Assembly: GCA_963729715.1 (NCBI GenBank)
Contig: CAVSPA010000005.1
Location: 256,001 to 320,000 of the forward strand
Reading direction: 5' to 3'
Length of the DNA: 64,000 bases
Source of the DNA: an uncultured delta proteobacterium
Lineage (GTDB): Bacteria > Desulfobacterota > Syntrophia > Syntrophales > UBA2185
The position numbers were made by a program, and so were the translations under genes. Each line of letters opens with the position of its first letter. Position 1 is the first letter of the stretch. Shown here piece after piece: positions 1 to 10,965 of this stretch. The notes beneath the pieces are model-generated. The model was given only the letters and a program-made list of their open reading frames with translations, was not told the DNA's origin and ran no database searches.

Positions 1-1
1 A

Positions 2-178
2 TGGATGCTTGACCTTTCCCTTGCCAACAGGCTGCAGATAATCGGCAGGGGCATCCCCGAGAGAAATATCTCGATCGCAAACTACTGCACTTCCTGCCAC
101 AGACATATGTTCTACTCCCACAGAGGCGAGGGAGGAAATACGGGCAGACAGCTCAACTTCATCATGCTCACACCTTAG
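2..178 (+). CDS. pgeF: 3' end of peptidoglycan editing factor PgeF/YfiH (partial)
   Basis: Manual translation WMLDLSLANRLQ...NYCTSCHRHMFYSHRGEGGNTGRQLNFIMLTP* matches the YfiH C-terminal CTxC..FYSxR..TGR motif. Confidence 0.85.
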   Translation, partial: WMLDLSLANRLQIIGRGIPERNISIANYCTSCHRHMFYSHRGEGGNTGRQLNFIMLTP

Positions 179-239
179 AAAGAAGTGTTCAAAGGCCTTT
201 CCGCTTTGGTATATAAAAAACATGGCGTTTAAAAAGTGC

Positions 240-268
240 TTGACATGGAGGAGCGGGTGATATAAATT
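240..268 (+). promoter_or_regulatory. sigma70-type promoter for rho
   Basis: TTGACA (240-245), 17 bp, TAAATT (263-268). Confidence 0.6.
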
Positions 269-491
269 GTAGAAAAATTGTAGAAAGGCTGAAATAAAGT
301 CCTTCCTTTTGGATTGTCTCAAGAACCCAATTTAACAACTCATTACTAATCCAAGTTATTCTTTATATACTTCGCTGTATGTTAAGTCTGCCATATCTTT
401 TGTTAATAAGTGTGGTTTGAACTGGGAGTCGGGAAACTTGGTTGTTATTTTTCAAGACTAATAAATAGAGGTGCGAGCAAGAGAATTAATT

Positions 492-1739
492 ATGAATATA
501 GAAGAAATTAAAAGATTGCCCATCAGTGAGCTTACGAGCATGGCAAAGGATTTGAGTGTCGCAGGCGCGGGCGGTATGAGAAGACAGGATCTGATCTTTG
601 CGATATTGCAGACTCAAGCCGAAAAGAACGAGAGTATAACGGGGTCTGGAGTTCTGGAGATCCTTCCTGACAGCTTTGGGTTCCTCAGGGCCGTAGATTA
701 CAATTATCTCCCGAGCCCTGATGACATCTACATCTCGCCGTCGCAAATCCGGAGGTTCAGCCTCAGGACTGGTGACACGGTATCAGGCGAGGTCAGACCG
801 CCTAAGGATGGTGAAAAATATTTCGCCCTCCTCAAGGTAGATGAGGTAAATTTTGAAAGTCCCGAAGCTGCCAGAGACAAGATACTCTTTGACAATCTCA
901 CGCCACTCTACCCGGAGCAGAAGGTGAACCTTGAAGCAGATCCGGAAAATTTTTCGACAAGGATCATGGATCTTTTCACCCCCATCGGAAAAGGCCAGAG
1001 AGGGCTAATTGTTTCACCGCCGCGGGCAGGAAAGACCGTGCTCCTCAAAGATATCGCCCACAGCATTTCCACAAACCACGAAGAAGTCATTCTGATGGTT
1101 CTTTTAATTGATGAGCGACCGGAGGAAGTCACGGACATGCAGCGCAGTGTAAACGGAGAAGTGATATCGTCAACATTTGACGAACCGGCCACACGGCACG
1201 TCCAGGTTGCAGAGATGGTCATTGAAAAAGCAAAGCGTCTCGTCGAACATAAGAAGGATGTGGTGATCCTTCTTGACAGCATCACCAGGCTCGCCAGGGC
1301 TTATAACACCGTCGTTCCGCCAAGCGGCAAGGTCCTATCAGGCGGTGTTGATTCCAACGCCCTGCATAAGCCGAAACGATTCTTCGGCGCAGCCAGGAAT
1401 ATAGAAAACGGCGGCAGTCTGACCATCATCTCCACGGCGTTGATCGATACGGGCAGCAGGATGGATGAAGTAATTTTTGAAGAATTCAAGGGCACGGGCA
1501 ATATGGAACTTCACCTGGACCGCAGGATTGCGGACAGGAGAGTGTTCCCCGCCTTTGACCTCATTCGCTCCGGCACGAGAAAAGAGGAACTCCTGATACC
1601 CAAGACCAACCTTAACAAGATATGGATTTTGAGAAGGCTTCTGCAGGAAATGAACCCTGTAGAGGCAATGGAATTTATCGTCGACAAGATACGCAAGACG
1701 GAAACCAACCAGGCCTTTTTAAATTCCATGAATCAGTAA
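492..1739 (+). CDS. rho: transcription termination factor Rho
   Basis: [17 protein letters not shown]-loop [25 protein letters not shown] at 492 preferred over GTG at 471. Confidence 0.98.
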   Translation: MNIEEIKRLPISELTSMAKDLSVAGAGGMRRQDLIFAILQTQAEKNESITGSGVLEILPDSFGFLRAVDYNYLPSPDDIYISPSQIRRFSLRTGDTVSGEVRPPKDGEKYFALLKVDEVNFESPEAARDKILFDNLTPLYPEQKVNLEADPENFSTRIMDLFTPIGKGQRGLIVSPPRAGKTVLLKDIAHSISTNHEEVILMVLLIDERPEEVTDMQRSVNGEVISSTFDEPATRHVQVAEMVIEKAKRLVEHKKDVVILLDSITRLARAYNTVVPPSGKVLSGGVDSNALHKPKRFFGAARNIENGGSLTIISTALIDTGSRMDEVIFEEFKGTGNMELHLDRRIADRRVFPAFDLIRSGTRKEELLIPKTNLNKIWILRRLLQEMNPVEAMEFIVDKIRKTETNQAFLNSMNQ

Positions 1740-1808
1740 AAACCATTGATTTTAGCGGGCGTGAATTCGCGCCTGTCAGTATGTTGCAGAGGAGGATAAT
1801 AGCAAACA

Positions 1809-2039
1809 ATGAAGGAAGGTATTCACCCGGAATATGCGAAGACGACAATCACTTGTGCGTGCGGCAACGTGATTGAAACACAGTCCACCAGGAAGGACAT
1901 CAGAGTTGAAATATGTTCTCAGTGCCATCCCTTTATGACGGGCAAACAAAAGCTTATGGATACGGCCGGTCGGGTGGAACGATTCAAGAAGAAATATGCC
2001 GCTAACGAAGAAAAAAAGAAGGGCAGCAAAACCGCCTGA
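1809..2039 (+). CDS. rpmE: 50S ribosomal protein L31 (zinc-binding type)
   Basis: [26 protein letters not shown]. Confidence 0.97.
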   Translation: MKEGIHPEYAKTTITCACGNVIETQSTRKDIRVEICSQCHPFMTGKQKLMDTAGRVERFKKKYAANEEKKKGSKTA

Positions 2040-2250
2040 ATCTAAACTATTGTTTTATTGAGGATAAAAATTGCAGAGGAATGTATTCCGCGTAATCACC
2101 TTTGCCCCCGATGGGACATTTCCGCTGACCAGTCCATTGTTTCCCGCCTGTCTCATGGCAGGGCGACTCCTGTGTTGTCCATCGTATCAGCTTCGATCGT
2201 AAAAATCTGATCCAATTATTCCATCCTATAACATGATGTAAGATAAGATT

Positions 2251-3321
2251 ATGTTCAAACGACTGAAAGATATTGAAACAAGATATAAAGACCTCGAAGG
2301 GTTGTTGAGTGATCCCGATGTGGTCAGCAAACAAAGCATCTACCAGAAATACGCCAAGGAGCATGCCGATCTTCGAGACCTCGTAGAAGCATACAAGGAA
2401 TATGAAAAAACGAAGACCCGCATCGAAGAAGACCAAACTATCTTTCGTGGAAATGACGATGAGTTAAAAGAAATAGTCAAGGAAGAACTGCCGCAACTCA
2501 AGGAACGCTTGGAGCTTCTGGAGAATAAACTGAAACTCCTCCTCCTTCCCAAAGACCCGAACGATGATAAGAACGTGCTTCTCGAAATCAGGGCCGGCAC
2601 AGGCGGTGATGAGGCGGGGCTCTTCGTGGGAGATCTTTTCCGCATGTACGCCCAGTTTGCAGAAATGCACAGATGGAAGGTGGATGTTATAAGCAGCAGT
2701 CCGGCGGGCGGCATGGGTGGATTTAAGGAAATCATCGCCCTTATAGAAGGTCAGGGTGCATACAGCGTCTTGAAATACGAAAGCGGTGTACATCGTGTGC
2801 AGCGGGTTCCCGTTACAGAATCCCAGGGACGGATTCACACCTCTGCGGTTACTGTGGCTATTCTTCCCGAGGCCGAAGACGTGGAGGTCAACATCGATCC
2901 CAATGATTTGAGGATTGACGTCTATCGCTCCACCGGCCACGGAGGGCAGAGTGTCAATACGACGGATTCCGCCGTCAGGATCACCTATTTGCCCACGGGC
3001 CTTGTCGTCACCTGCCAGGATGAGAAATCCCAGCACAAGAATAAGACGAAAGCCTTAAAGGTACTGAGAGCCAGGCTTCTCGATAGCATGGTGCAGAAGC
3101 AGAATGCCGAAATTTCTGAATCACGAAAGACCCAGGTGGGAAGCGGCGATCGCAGCGAACGGATCAGGACATATAATTTCCCCCAGGGCAGGGTTACGGA
3201 TCACCGCATCGGCCTCACTCTCCACAACCTGGAGTCGCTTCTCAACGGCAACATTCAGCCGATCATTGACGCCCTGGCGACACATTTTCAATCCAAGGCC
3301 CTGCAAGACTCCATTAGATAA
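2251..3321 (+). CDS. prfA: peptide chain release factor 1
   Basis: GGQ motif, PVT tripeptide, [14 protein letters not shown]. Confidence 0.98.
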   Translation: MFKRLKDIETRYKDLEGLLSDPDVVSKQSIYQKYAKEHADLRDLVEAYKEYEKTKTRIEEDQTIFRGNDDELKEIVKEELPQLKERLELLENKLKLLLLPKDPNDDKNVLLEIRAGTGGDEAGLFVGDLFRMYAQFAEMHRWKVDVISSSPAGGMGGFKEIIALIEGQGAYSVLKYESGVHRVQRVPVTESQGRIHTSAVTVAILPEAEDVEVNIDPNDLRIDVYRSTGHGGQSVNTTDSAVRITYLPTGLVVTCQDEKSQHKNKTKALKVLRARLLDSMVQKQNAEISESRKTQVGSGDRSERIRTYNFPQGRVTDHRIGLTLHNLESLLNGNIQPIIDALATHFQSKALQDSIR

Positions 3322-3366
3322 TCCTGCCTCATGATGTTTGTGGATGGCCTTAACGTAATCAGCGAC

Positions 3367-4230
3367 ATGAATATTTTGAATGCAATCACCGAAGCGATCC
3401 ATTTCCTTAAGAGTTGCGGTTGTGCGACTCCCAGGCTCGACGCAGAGGTGCTCCTGTCCGCTTGCTTGAAGAAGGATCGCACGTGTTTTCATATCGATCG
3501 TGAAAAATCATTAACAGAAAACGAACTTGAAGAATTTCAGCGATGCATCGAACGGCGAAGGGTTGGAGAGCCGGTTGCCTATATTGTGGGGAAGAAGGAA
3601 TTCTGGTCGCTTCCATTCGAAGTCAACAAGCATGTCCTCATACCCCGGCCGGAAACAGAAATTATCGTTGAAGAGGTGCTGAAGGTTTGTTCATCCCTGA
3701 AAACAAGAGAATTAAGAATCCTGGAGATCGGCACGGGCAGCGGGGCAATCAGTGTTTCGCTCGCGCACGAGTTAAAGAACGCGCAAATCATAGCCACGGA
3801 CATTTCACAGGATGCAATTAATGTAGCTTCTCGGAATGCGCAAATTAATAATGTCGCAAGTCAAATTTCTTTTCTATCAGGAAATTTATTTGAGCCTGTG
3901 TCAGGAAAATTTGATATCATTGTCTCCAATCCGCCTTACATATCAAGAGAAGAATATGGCTGCCTGCCCTCAGGGGTTCGGGATTTTGAACCGGAGACGG
4001 CGCTGCTTGCGGGCGCTGACGGAACTCTCTTTCACAGGGAGATCATCAAGGCAGCCGGCATCTATCTAAAAGCGGGGGGCTGGACTTTCATGGAAATAGG
4101 GGCTGGACAAAAAGAGATGGTTGAATTTATGTTGAATGAATACGGCCTTTATGACAATATCGCTTTCAGAAACGACTATGCAGGCATAGAACGTGTTGCT
4201 ATCGCAAGGAGAGTAACGACCGGTGGATAA
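3367..4230 (+). CDS. prmC: release factor glutamine methyltransferase
   Basis: [17 protein letters not shown] motifs; follows prfA; start uncertain (3331 or 3367). Confidence 0.95.
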   Translation: MNILNAITEAIHFLKSCGCATPRLDAEVLLSACLKKDRTCFHIDREKSLTENELEEFQRCIERRRVGEPVAYIVGKKEFWSLPFEVNKHVLIPRPETEIIVEEVLKVCSSLKTRELRILEIGTGSGAISVSLAHELKNAQIIATDISQDAINVASRNAQINNVASQISFLSGNLFEPVSGKFDIIVSNPPYISREEYGCLPSGVRDFEPETALLAGADGTLFHREIIKAAGIYLKAGGWTFMEIGAGQKEMVEFMLNEYGLYDNIAFRNDYAGIERVAIARRVTTGG

Positions 4231-5473
4231 GATTATTATAGTTGGCGGCGACAAACTCCGCGGCGATGTCCAAATCAGTGGGGCCAAGAACGCATCTCTG
4301 CCCGTGATGGTTTCCGCGCTTCTCGCGCCGGGCTGGAGCACATTTCTCAACGTTCCCAATCTTGTTGACATCAAAACGATCAAGAAACTTCTCAGAAATT
4401 TAGGCGCCAAGATTGAGGGAGAAGGGACTGTAAGGATCAATACGGAAGACATCAGCAATTGTGAGGCCCCGTATGATCTCGTCAAGACCATGAGGGCATC
4501 CGTCCTCGTCCTGGGGCCGCTCGTAGCAAGAATGGGTGTGGCAAGGGTCTCTCTTCCGGGAGGATGCGCCATAGGAGCAAGGCCGGTCAATCTTCATATA
4601 AAGGCCCTTCAGGATTTAGGTGCAGAAGTGGAGCTGAAAGACGGCTACGTGGAGGCGAAGGCGCGGAGATTGAAGGGCGCCACTATTTACTTTGACATTC
4701 CTACTGTAACGGGAACGGAAAATATCATGATGGCCGCCTGCCTTGCTGACGGTACTACTCTTCTGAAAAATGCTGCGAGGGAACCCGAGGTCGTCAACCT
4801 GGCTGATGTCTTGAACGGCATGGGGGCGAAGGTCACCGGCGCCGGCACGGATATAATCAGGATAGACGGTGTCGAGAAAATGCACCCTGTCGAAGCCGCC
4901 GTTATTCCCGACCGAATCGAAGCAGGCACTTTCATGATTGCCGTGGGCATGGCGGGCGGTGATGTCAGAATAATGGGATGCGAACCTGTTCACGTCGAAG
5001 CGCTGGCTATGAAGCTGAGAGACGCCGGAATGGAGATCACCCCCTTCGATGGCGGCATCAGGGCCTCTTCGAAGAAAAAGATTAAAAGCGTCGACATAAC
5101 AACGCTCCCCTACCCGGGATTTCCCACGGACCTGCAGGCCCAAATGATGGCTCTGATGTCGGTGGCCAACGGACTCTCCGTCATTACGGAGACAGTCTTT
5201 GAAAACAGATTTATGCACGTGAGTGAATTGATGAGAATGGGAGCAGATATATTGATTCATGGAAACAGCGCCATGGTAAAGGGAACACCAAAACTCAAGG
5301 GGGCACCGGTCATGGCCACGGACCTCCGCGCCTCCGCTTCTCTGATCCTCGCGGGATTGGCGGCGGAAGGAAAGACGGAGCTCTCCCGGGTTTATCACAT
5401 AGACAGGGGATACCAGGAAATCGAAAAGAAATTTTCCGCCATTGGCGCCAATATAAAAAGGGTCTCAGGCTAA
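4223..5473 (+). CDS. murA: UDP-N-acetylglucosamine 1-carboxyvinyltransferase
   Basis: [16 protein letters not shown] (active-site Cys), [15 protein letters not shown]. Confidence 0.98.
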   Translation: MDKIIIVGGDKLRGDVQISGAKNASLPVMVSALLAPGWSTFLNVPNLVDIKTIKKLLRNLGAKIEGEGTVRINTEDISNCEAPYDLVKTMRASVLVLGPLVARMGVARVSLPGGCAIGARPVNLHIKALQDLGAEVELKDGYVEAKARRLKGATIYFDIPTVTGTENIMMAACLADGTTLLKNAAREPEVVNLADVLNGMGAKVTGAGTDIIRIDGVEKMHPVEAAVIPDRIEAGTFMIAVGMAGGDVRIMGCEPVHVEALAMKLRDAGMEITPFDGGIRASSKKKIKSVDITTLPYPGFPTDLQAQMMALMSVANGLSVITETVFENRFMHVSELMRMGADILIHGNSAMVKGTPKLKGAPVMATDLRASASLILAGLAAEGKTELSRVYHIDRGYQEIEKKFSAIGANIKRVSG

Positions 5474-5474
5474 G

Positions 5475-6776
5475 ATGAGAATTATCCGCACCGACCAGGC
5501 CGGCTTCGAGAAAATATTCCAGAAGATTAAGAACCGCGGCGGGTTCAGTGAGAACATCTGGGAACAGGTGAAGACCATTGTGGAAGACGTCCGCAAGAGA
5601 AAGGACAAGGCCCTTTTTGCATATACGAAGAAGTTTGATAAGTGGATTCCCACTGCGAATACCATAGAAGTAACTCCCGCAGAAATAAAGAAAGCCGTAG
5701 CTGCGGTAAAAGCGGAAGAACTGGCGATCCTCAAGCTTTCCGCGAAGCGTGTGGAAAGATTCCATCGCAGACAGATAATTAAAAGCTGGTCTGTTTCTGA
5801 TGAAGCGGGTATTGAACTTGGACAGCACATATCGCCCCTGGAGCGCGTCGGCATCTATGCCCCCGGAGGTCTTGCCTCGTATCCCTCTACCGTAATAATG
5901 GCGGCTGTTCCGGCAAAGATCGCGGGCGTTCCGGAAATCATCCTCGTCACACCTGCAAAAGGCGGAAACGTGAATCCCTTGATAATTGCCGCGGCAAAAC
6001 TGAGCGGCGTCACGCGTATATTCAAGGTAGGAGGCGCCCAGGCCATAGCCGCTCTCGCAAACGGCACGGACCTGATACCGAGAGTGGATAAGATCGTCGG
6101 GCCCGGTAACGCCTACGTCACGACAGCCAAGATGGTGGTTTACCAGTGGTGCTGGTGCGGCATCGACATGGCCGCCGGCCCCAGCGAGATTCTCATCATA
6201 GCGGACACGACGGCAGATGCCTCTTATATGGCTGCTGATCTTCTTGCGCAGGCGGAGCACGATGAAATGGCAAGCGCCATTCTTCTCACCCCGTATGAAG
6301 TCTTGGCCAGGAAAGTTGCCGTTGAAGTTACTCTGCAGTTAAATGGCCTGAAAAGAAAGGCGATTGCCTCACGCGCGCTCGCAGATTTCGGCGCCATCAT
6401 TGTGACCAAAGATATTCACGAGGCGACAAGCATCGCCAACCGGTTCGCGCCCGAACATCTCGAATTGATGGTCAGGAACCCGAAGAGAATATTGGCCGAG
6501 ATCAAACACGCCGGCGCCATTTTTCTCGGGCACAATACGCCGGAGAGCCTTGGGGATTATATGGCCGGGCCCAATCACATCCTTCCCACAAGGGGAACGG
6601 CAAGATTTTCATCTCCCTTGGGAGTATACGATTTTGTGAAGCGAAGCAGTGTTCTTTTCTTCTCAAGAGAGTCCCTGCAAAAATACGGAAAGCGGGCGGC
6701 AAGATTTGCTGACATGGAAGGTTTTGAGGCGCACGGAAAGTCAATTACCGTAAGGATGCGGCCAAAAAAGCCTTGA
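5475..6776 (+). CDS. hisD: histidinol dehydrogenase
   Basis: GGAQAIAALA, GPGNAYV, AGPSE, QAEHD, PEHLEL, GPNHILPT. Confidence 0.97.
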   Translation: MRIIRTDQAGFEKIFQKIKNRGGFSENIWEQVKTIVEDVRKRKDKALFAYTKKFDKWIPTANTIEVTPAEIKKAVAAVKAEELAILKLSAKRVERFHRRQIIKSWSVSDEAGIELGQHISPLERVGIYAPGGLASYPSTVIMAAVPAKIAGVPEIILVTPAKGGNVNPLIIAAAKLSGVTRIFKVGGAQAIAALANGTDLIPRVDKIVGPGNAYVTTAKMVVYQWCWCGIDMAAGPSEILIIADTTADASYMAADLLAQAEHDEMASAILLTPYEVLARKVAVEVTLQLNGLKRKAIASRALADFGAIIVTKDIHEATSIANRFAPEHLELMVRNPKRILAEIKHAGAIFLGHNTPESLGDYMAGPNHILPTRGTARFSSPLGVYDFVKRSSVLFFSRESLQKYGKRAARFADMEGFEAHGKSITVRMRPKKP

Positions 6777-6800
6777 CAAAAAATCTCCGATCGCTAAGAT
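6773..6800 (+). promoter_or_regulatory. sigma70-type promoter for tRNA-Gly
   Basis: TTGACA, 16 bp, TAAGAT about 60 nt upstream of the tRNA. Confidence 0.55.
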
Positions 6801-6857
6801 GGCCAGCGTTATTCTTATGTATATTTATTTTCCTTAACAGTCTTTCTTCTCTTCTGA

Positions 6858-6932
6858 GCGGGCGTAATTCAGCGGTAGAATGTCAGCTTCCCAAGCTGGA
6901 CGTCGTGGGTTCGACTCCCATCGCCCGCTCCA
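6858..6932 (+). tRNA. tRNA-Gly (CCC)
   Basis: Acceptor stem GCGGGCG/CGCCCGC, anticodon loop TTCCCAA, T-loop GGTTCGACTCC, encoded CCA. Confidence 0.97.
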
Positions 6933-7077
6933 TTTTATCCCTATCATTATGGTGATCTTCAGAGTTTCTGTCCGGTACAAGGTTGTCTGAGTAAACAGTC
7001 GGAGATTTCCGATGGTTATCTTTTCTTCTCAATCCAAAGATGATGTTGTTTCATGTCGATGGATCGACCCCATTCAG

Positions 7078-8736
7078 TCATGAAATTGTTTTGAGCTCAT
7101 GAAAAATGGCAGCGCCCAGTTTCTCTTTTTTCGTGTCGAAGATCATTGTGCTCTTGCATCGTGCCTCTCTCGCTTCTTCGAGGAAATATTTCAGGAGATT
7201 GAGGTCGCTGCTCTTGGAGGCGCCCGATTTTAGATTCCCGGAAATCTTCGCCAACACGGAGAGGATGCCAAAGGCATAAAGGCTGAGCGTGGTCATCCGT
7301 CTCAGGAAGAATTGCCGCTCAACCACCTTTTCTCCGTGGAAGATGATTCCCAAGAGCAGCATGCGTTTGATCGTCCGTGCATTGGTTTTGACAAGTCTCA
7401 CGGCCTCCTGCACGGTTTCGTCACCGCCATCTACACGCCAGGACATCGCCGCAAAGCTGGAAAAGAAGGCCTTTATAACATAGGACCAGCGGGAGAAACC
7501 GCTGTGTGAGCGAAGCTCTTTCTTCAGACGTCCAAGGAGGAAAAGCATGGGGTAGGCGGAATGGATTTCCGTCGTTCCCTCGAATATGGGAACGACACGG
7601 AAATCGCGCATTCGCTTTTCATAGGGCTGGGTCATGAGATAGCCGGCGCCACCAGCCACCTGCATAGCATCGTAGAGGACGTCCCACGCCCGCGTGGAAC
7701 CGTAAAGCTTGCAGTGCGATGTCTCGATCACCGGGTCTTCTGTCGGCCGTGATTCGAGAATATTTGCAGTAAAATAATTAATGCACGATGTGACGAATCC
7801 ATGGACCCGGGCGTTGATTATTTTTTCCTGCACGAGAGGAAAGTTCCGGATGGGGACTCCGAACTGCATTCTGGCGTGGGCGCGCTTGAGCATGTCCTTC
7901 AAAGATATGTCTATGAGGCCGGCGCCTGCGGCGCCGAGGGCGAGCCTCCCGTAGTTGAGGATGGCCAGGGCGATCTTGTAGCCTTCTCCCGGTTTGCCCA
8001 GCATGTTTTCCACCGGGACGTGAACATTCTGAAATTGAATGGTGGCCGTGGAGCTGGCCCTGATGCCCATCTTGGGCATGTCCTTCCCTATCTTGACTCC
8101 TTCCCACGCCGTCTCCACGATGAAGGCACCCATGAACCCGGGATGCGCCGGGTCCATCTGGGCAAAGGCGGTGAGGCCTTGCGCGTAGTTTGCGTTGGTG
8201 ATGTATGTTTTCGTGCCGTTGAGGATGTAATGCTTGCCATCGGCGGAGAGTTCTGCTTTTGTCTCAATATGTCTCGCATCGGAACCGAAATTCGGTTCCG
8301 TGAGTGCGTAAGAAAATATCATATCTCCCGATGCGGCCAGCGGGAGATATTGGCGCTTCTGCTTCTCCGTTCCGTATAGTTCAATACCTTTGATGCCGAT
8401 GAAAAGGTGGGCAAGAAAAACAACTGCTGATGCCAGGTCCTGTGCAGAAATCTCTTCTACGAAACGGATGCAGTCAACAAGGTCGACGCCCAAGCCGCCG
8501 TAAGTTTCAGCAAGGCTGATCCCGAAGAAGCCCTTTTTCCTCATTTCCTCGAGCATCTCATCGGGTATGCGTCCTTCCTCTTCAATCTTCTGCGGGGAAT
8601 AGTTCTTAAACATATCCCGGTAGGATTGCAGCAAGGACTGAACCTTGTCTGAATCGACCGGCATGCGGTAGGAATCAAAGGCCGTTTTATCAAAGACGCC
8701 CTCTAATATCTTCTCCATGAAGCTGCCCGACGCCAT
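7078..8736 (-). CDS. acyl-CoA dehydrogenase, long (VLCAD/ACAD9-like) form
   Basis: ALTEPNFGSD, LNGTKTYITNA, KMGIRASST, QFG, IFEGTTEI; start at MASGS with AAGGAG SD. Confidence 0.92.
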   Translation of the reverse strand: MASGSFMEKILEGVFDKTAFDSYRMPVDSDKVQSLLQSYRDMFKNYSPQKIEEEGRIPDEMLEEMRKKGFFGISLAETYGGLGVDLVDCIRFVEEISAQDLASAVVFLAHLFIGIKGIELYGTEKQKRQYLPLAASGDMIFSYALTEPNFGSDARHIETKAELSADGKHYILNGTKTYITNANYAQGLTAFAQMDPAHPGFMGAFIVETAWEGVKIGKDMPKMGIRASSTATIQFQNVHVPVENMLGKPGEGYKIALAILNYGRLALGAAGAGLIDISLKDMLKRAHARMQFGVPIRNFPLVQEKIINARVHGFVTSCINYFTANILESRPTEDPVIETSHCKLYGSTRAWDVLYDAMQVAGGAGYLMTQPYEKRMRDFRVVPIFEGTTEIHSAYPMLFLLGRLKKELRSHSGFSRWSYVIKAFFSSFAAMSWRVDGGDETVQEAVRLVKTNARTIKRMLLLGIIFHGEKVVERQFFLRRMTTLSLYAFGILSVLAKISGNLKSGASKSSDLNLLKYFLEEAREARCKSTMIFDTKKEKLGAAIFHELKTIS

Positions 8737-9029
8737 ACTTTGTCTCCTTTCTCTTGAGACCGTGCCCGTTACATCTCGATGGGGGTAATAATCCATCGAT
8801 AATATAGATAATGATGATTTCTTTGCGGACACATCAAGTATAAGAGGCATACATAGGAATTTCCAGCTTTTTTTGGTCATGATCGCAATAATGATCAAAT
8901 ACCTGCCTCCGGCTCCCATAGCTCCCGCTATTCATTAAATCCGATCCCTAAATAGATTCTATTTTTCTCTTGCATTGGAGATTTTTATGTGTTAGAAACT
9001 CCGTGAAAATCATCGTGTACGTTAGTGAT

Positions 9030-9057
9030 GAGTGGGCTTGTGCCCACTTTTTTTTTC
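9030..9057 (+). promoter_or_regulatory. rimP leader hairpin (terminator-like)
   Basis: GAGTGGGC-TTGT-GCCCACTT followed by a long T run upstream of rimP; resembles the known rimP leader. Confidence 0.75.
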
Positions 9058-9115
9058 TTAAATGCTTGAGAACGAGGCCATGGGAAAAGGCGCCTGACTG
9101 ATGAATTGGAAATAA

Positions 9116-9595
9116 ATGGCTGATAAATCGATTACATACCGGGAAAAAATCAGAGAGCTCATTGAGCCTGTGGTCGAATCTGAAGGCATGGAAGTCGTCG
9201 ATCTTGAATGTCTGAAAATGAAATATCGGTGGCTGGTGCGTATTTACATCGACAAGGAGGGAGGGGTCACCATCGCTGATTGTTCTGAAATCAGCAAGCA
9301 GGCGGGTGATATCCTCGATGTTTATGACGTATTTCCCGGCTCTTATACGCTGGAGGTTTCTTCTCCGGGCCTGGATCGGCCTCTCACCAGAGACAAGGAT
9401 TTCATTAAATACCGCGGATCCCCCGTCCGGATCAAGACAGGAGAAAAACTCGACGGCGTGAAAAATTTTTATGGGACATTGAATGATTATCTTGATGAAA
9501 ATGGCGCAAAGACTCTGGTCGTCGATGTATCGGGAACGATTTATCACATACCGAGAGATTTGGTGGTAAAGGCACGTCTGGTTTATGAATTTTGA
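9116..9595 (+). CDS. rimP: ribosome maturation factor RimP
   Basis: YTLEVSSPGLDRPL; upstream of nusA. Confidence 0.96.
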   Translation: MADKSITYREKIRELIEPVVESEGMEVVDLECLKMKYRWLVRIYIDKEGGVTIADCSEISKQAGDILDVYDVFPGSYTLEVSSPGLDRPLTRDKDFIKYRGSPVRIKTGEKLDGVKNFYGTLNDYLDENGAKTLVVDVSGTIYHIPRDLVVKARLVYEF

Positions 9596-9616
9596 TGCAA
9601 ATATGGAGGACTCTCA

Positions 9617-10879
9617 ATGTTGCCAGAACTTAAACGTCTGATAGAGCAGATGGGTAAGGATAGAGGTATAGATAAAGGTGTCATTATAGAGGCACTGGAA
9701 ACGGCCATGCTGACCGCTGCGCGGAAAAAATTAGGGCTCCACGTGGAACTTGAGGCCCACTACAACGAGGAAGCGGGAGAAGTTGAAGTCTTTCAATTCA
9801 AGACCGTCGTAGATAAGGTTCTGGACCCCGATGTCCAGATTGCATTAGCTGAAGCACGTCGAACCTTGGATGAAGAAGCGGAAAGGGGAGACAGCCTAGG
9901 GATCAAGATAGAAACGAGCACCTTCGGCAGGATTGCCGTTCAGACTGCCAAGCAAATAATCATTCAAAAAGTCAAGGACGCTGAGCGGGATAACGTTTAC
10001 GATGAATACAAAGACAAGAAGGGCGAACTGGTCAGCGGCTTTGTGCAAAGATTCGACGGGGGGAATATTATCGTTAACCTCGGGAGGGCTGAAGGCGTTA
10101 TACCCACGGCGGAACAGATCTACAGAGAATCATACAAACGGGGGGAGCGGATTCGGGCATATGTGTGCGATGTGAAGAAGATAACCAAAGGACCTCAGAT
10201 CATCCTATCCAGAACTCATCCCGGTTTCCTCAAGGCCCTTTTCGAAGTGGAAGTGCCGGAGATATCTGAAGGCCTGATCGAAATTGTAAATGTGGCAAGA
10301 GAACCGGGAAAACGGGCCAAGATCTCTGTGAGAACAAAAGATAAAGATATAGATCCGGTGGGTGCATGCGTCGGCATGAGAGGTTCCCGCGTGCAAAGCG
10401 TGGTTCAGGAATTGAGGGGAGAGAAGATAGATATTGTTCCCTATTCCGTCGATAACGCCAACTATGTCTGCAGCGCCCTCTCACCGGCCAAGGTCAACCG
10501 CGTCATCATGGATGAGGACAGTCGTTCCATGGAGGTAATTGTTCCCGACGATCAACTCTCTTTGGCAATCGGCAAGAACGGACAGAATGTGAGGCTGGCG
10601 GTCAAATTGACGGGGTGGAAGATCGACGTCAAGAGTGAATCTATGGCTGCCTCACAGGAGGCGGAAGGATTCAAGTCCCTTATCAAGATTCCCGGCATCG
10701 GCGAGGCCGTGGCGGATAAGCTTTACAATGAGGGCTTCAAAAGCATCGCCATGATCGCATCAGCGGAACCTGAGATGCTGTCGGCAATTCAGGGTGTGGG
10801 AGAAAAGAGCGCGTCACAATGGATCGAAGCGGCAGTTAAGATTATAAATGAAGAGACGGCAGAAAAGAAGAGCTCCTGA
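9617..10879 (+). CDS. nusA: transcription elongation factor NusA
   Basis: FGRIAVQTAKQ, AREPG, DPVGACVGMRGSR, SLAIGKNGQNVRLA; C-terminal HhH repeats. Confidence 0.98.
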   Translation: MLPELKRLIEQMGKDRGIDKGVIIEALETAMLTAARKKLGLHVELEAHYNEEAGEVEVFQFKTVVDKVLDPDVQIALAEARRTLDEEAERGDSLGIKIETSTFGRIAVQTAKQIIIQKVKDAERDNVYDEYKDKKGELVSGFVQRFDGGNIIVNLGRAEGVIPTAEQIYRESYKRGERIRAYVCDVKKITKGPQIILSRTHPGFLKALFEVEVPEISEGLIEIVNVAREPGKRAKISVRTKDKDIDPVGACVGMRGSRVQSVVQELRGEKIDIVPYSVDNANYVCSALSPAKVNRVIMDEDSRSMEVIVPDDQLSLAIGKNGQNVRLAVKLTGWKIDVKSESMAASQEAEGFKSLIKIPGIGEAVADKLYNEGFKSIAMIASAEPEMLSAIQGVGEKSASQWIEAAVKIINEETAEKKSS

Positions 10880-10965
10880 GAGGGGCGGAATCGAGGGTAA
10901 AACCCTCAAAGACGAACTTATGGAAAGACACATTTCTATAACCATTACATGCGAGGGTCTCAAGA

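Noticed and set aside
2047..2250. Possible ncRNA or ORF between rpmE and prfA
   Set aside because: Only one short hairpin is present, with no recognisable family motif; the minus-strand ORF is mostly a prfA shadow.
6773..6955. 60-aa ORF after hisD
   Set aside because: It overlaps the tRNA-Gly gene and its promoter, so it is spurious.
8737..8919. N-terminal extension of the acyl-CoA dehydrogenase
   Set aside because: A good SD precedes the ATG at 8736 and the extension is AT-rich intergenic-like sequence.
8948..9547. 199-aa antisense ORF over rimP, and similar long antisense ORFs over murA, hisD, infB, LOG and hflX
   Set aside because: These are shadow frames of well-conserved genes with no recognisable motifs.
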